This document shows, one piece after another, positions 41,165-41,374 of a stretch of 41,374 bases of DNA (positions are counted from its first letter, which is position 1; every line of letters starts with the position of its first letter). The notes under the pieces were generated by a model. That model worked only from the letters and a program-made list of their open reading frames with translations. It was not told where the DNA came from and did no database searches. Origin of the DNA: Nostoc sp. DedSLP01 (lineage in GTDB: Bacteria > Cyanobacteriota > Cyanobacteriia > Cyanobacteriales > Nostocaceae); assembly GCA_034530875.2 (NCBI GenBank), contig JAVRCJ020000054.1, positions 1-41,374 on the forward strand, given 5' to 3'. Position numbers and translations under genes: made by a program.

Positions 41165-41374
41165 AATTCAAAATCCAAATATTTTCAAAAAAGACCAGCG
41201 CAAGTTCTACCAACTAACGCTGGTTTCCCTATAAATCCAAAAACATCTGAAACTGCCAGTTCAACGGGTACTGACAGATGCGAATAATGGTTGGGTTAGT
41301 TAGTGAGAAATTGTGATTTTCGTCTAAAGAAACCTCCTACGAGACAACAAAACTTGTGGCGTAACAAGTGATGA

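Larger units (their letters stand above)
38290..41374 (-). mobile_element. End of a putative prophage/integrative element inserted just 5' of tpiA (continues beyond the window)
   Basis: Abrupt change from housekeeping genes to a recombinase plus five co-oriented short hypothetical ORFs. The boundary is approximate, within 38275-38315. Confidence 0.6.

Overview
Chromosomal window from a heterocyst-type filamentous cyanobacterium (Nostocales-like), judged from abundant HIP1 GCGATCGC sites, STRR heptamer tracts, SDR/MITE palindromes and psaM. Bases 1-70 are the 3' end of a group II intron. Mostly housekeeping genes follow: a giant poly-HAMP hybrid histidine kinase, a receiver protein, a truncated LeuA-like enzyme, FMN reductase, ftsH, an AmpG-like permease with a GlcNAc kinase, an FGGY kinase, psaM, GST, yajQ, a MAPEG pseudogene, a PadR/AphA-like regulator with twin operators, a Pta-like protein, two convergent RHH paralogs, PhyH dioxygenase, pirin, DUF3131, rpsU, SPFH, folP and tpiA. 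The most notable part is the right end. An intact, divergent IS110-family (DEDD/bridge) recombinase gene stops 41 bp before tpiA. It is preceded by about 270 nt of densely structured non-coding sequence (candidate bridge/seek RNA) and is the last gene of a co-oriented run of small phage-like ORFs. That is where a prophage or integrative element normally carries its integrase, which suggests an RNA-guided integrase on a larger element. Only one end of the element is visible, so this remains a hypothesis. Family assignments come from motif recognition, not database searches.
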